From: Phoronis australis
Taxonomy: Eukaryota > Animalia > Phoronida
Direction of reading: 5' to 3'
Assembly (NCBI GenBank): GCA_002633005.1
Contig: NMRA01000741.1
Span: 62,001-126,000, forward strand
Length of the DNA stretch: 64,000 nt
How positions within the stretch are numbered: position 1 is the first letter of the stretch; each line of letters begins with the position of its first letter. The notes under the pieces were generated by a model, which worked only from the letters and a program-made list of their open reading frames with translations, did not search any database and was not told the origin of the DNA. Below are positions 62,432-64,000 of this stretch, one piece after another. Made by a program: the position numbers and the translations under genes.

Positions 62432-63548
62432 AGAGATGATAATTGTGACTTTCAAGAGCAGACCCGATTTGAAAGTTGAATTTCAGTTGACAAAAAGTGC
62501 TGGGTGATCTGAACTGATTTGATTTCTGAGAATTAAACGTATATGTTGAGATACATGTAAAACGTATTGCAACTTTCCTGTTTTGTTTAATGGAAAACAT
62601 CGATTTCATTTTATATCAAATTCATGGAGATACTTGGATTTCATTTAGATTATGAACTATTCTCATAATTTGGAACTGCTTGGTAACAAGTTCAGGGATT
62701 CGTGATATGTTAATTACATTGTAAATTATTGTATCTATGAAGAGACGGACATGACTTTGTGGTAAATGGGTACCATGGTGACGGACATGACTATGTGGTA
62801 AATGGGTACCATGGTGATGGGCAGGTTTTAGGATGAGCTAGCTGATGATAAATTGAAGCCTACTGGCCATAAGGCGGGCTCATTTCTCACTAGGCTTGAG
62901 CATGCAATAATGTCGTGTGATGTTATTTCAGGAGAAGGAATCAGCTATGACTATGTGGGAGACTGCTACATCAGAAGTAGAAAGGTTGGAGGCGGAGCTT
63001 GCTGCTCAGAGGGCGGACCCATCTCTCAGGAAGCTGGAGCAGCAGGCAAATATGGTTTGTCTGTTTAAATCTTTTTCTCTAGTTTGTAAGACTGTTGCTG
63101 TTATCAAGGCATCACTTTGAACCATAAGGGTGTGCACTTCAACTATGTAACTACTTTCTTTACTACTCTCTGTCCTTTACAAAGATTTGGTTTTGTACAT
63201 TTCTTGTTTTCAATGGTCATAACTTGTTCCAGCTGTTTTTAGGCCATCCATCGTCTTGTAAAATAAACCTATGCACCCCCATATAAAAATTAAGGCTGTG
63301 TAAATCAATTTATAATGTTGGAATACACTAAATGTCTTTTAGTCATCGATCACGTCATTTGTCAGTTCAGGTGGTGGAATATTGTGTGCAGCCTGTATAT
63401 TGACTTCATTATGACGTCGCACGGTGAGTGTTGGTAGTCTCCATTTCTTAGTAATTCTTTTCATACTGTCTTCTCAGCTCAAGGAACAATGCTCAATTAC
63501 TGTGGCTGAATTGAATGCTGAGGTTATGAAGCTTCAAGACCAGCTGAG
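57242..63548 (+). CDS. SCLT1: Sodium channel and clathrin linker 1 (centriole distal appendage), 5' part; exons 57242-57278, 58770-58887, 59379-59451, 59947-60002, 61015-61144 (or duplicate 62182-62311), 62932-63054, 63478-63548; continues beyond window
   Basis: The spliced protein MASEEVLFLRDQVQRLNTVLSEYQ..PWLIDKSLIAPLIAEYE..LVSENKRLTRELKDTVQTKLE..DDQMLYNFQTQLQLALQEKESAMTMWETATSEVERL follows human SCLT1 as recalled (FLREQNRRLN, SFLAPLVTEYD, ENERLHSELKDAVEKKLE, NLQEQLQLANQEK). Phases are consistent when one copy of exon 5 is used. Confidence 0.88.
60057..62380 (+). repeat. ~1.16-kb near-identical tandem duplication across an 11-N gap (61219-61229), including SCLT1 exon 5
   Basis: 60057-61218 and 61230-~62380 are collinear, with scattered SNPs and small indels. 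Confidence 0.95.
62369..62431. repeat. (GTT)n microsatellite, ~20 units
   Basis: Directly visible. Confidence 0.97.
62744..62815. repeat. 36-bp tandem duplication
   Basis: gacggacatgact(t/a)tgtggtaaatgggtaccatggt twice. Confidence 0.9.
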
Positions 63549-64000
63549 GTTTGATTTTAATTTCTTGCTGTCTGTCTACCTCTGTTTATTTTAATTTTTG
63601 ATTAGATGTTATAAAATAAATGAGGAATTATTTCTACGAGATAGTTGTCAATAACACAGAAACTTTCCAAATATCTATATTCATTTATTGGATCAAGTTA
63701 ACATTATTGCTAACAGTTTTATCATTGCTTTTAATGAACACATGTATTGTACGAGACAAAAGAATTGAGACAAAATACTGTTTTCCCGTCATGATAACTA
63801 CTAATTGCTTTCAATAATTATTAGGCCATCAAAAATCTAATTGCAGAATGACTTAGGCACTTAACTAACTTTCCTGTTAATTTCTGTTCATTCTCGGTCA
63901 TGAAAAAAGAATACTCTGAGGATGTATTCGGCTACTACCCTGCCATCATGAGAAGGAATTCATTTTGTTTGAATACTTTTGGCTTGTCCTGTGTATTAAC

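Noticed and set aside
62334-62609. Poly-Asn ORF, and the X-rich ORFs at 44791-45001
   Set aside because: These are artefacts of the GTT microsatellite and of the N gap plus 17-bp repeat.

Overview
This is AT-rich, intron-rich animal genomic DNA, probably from a marine invertebrate (lophotrochozoan-like; inferred, not proven). It contains two assembly gaps, and most of the supplied ORF track is noise. Manual exon chaining gives four conserved genes: an MSRB3-like Cys-type methionine-R-sulfoxide reductase (+, 18136-20696, 3 coding exons, 173 aa); ABCE1/Rli1 (+, 27512-41515, 14 coding exons, 603 aa); CCDC22 (-, 56892-43963, 16 exons, 642 aa); and the 5' part of SCLT1 (+, from 57242, running off the window), head-to-head with CCDC22. 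The first ~14 kb is accessory. It holds a tandem array of decayed kinase C-lobe-plus-hydrophobic-tail modules, then abutting transposon relics (hAT, Gypsy gag, Academ/XPG-type). Introns carry many MITEs, SINEs and minisatellites. The most notable non-obvious signals are two paralogous non-canonical C/D-box snoRNA candidates with a SNORD50-type guide in consecutive ABCE1 introns, a TSD-flanked and highly structured retroposon with no tRNA head, an inverted pair of degenerate hammerhead-like cores, and an MsrB with an N-terminal leader but no ER-retention signal. I found no convincing evidence of a wholly new multi-gene system. All calls were made by eye, without database searches.
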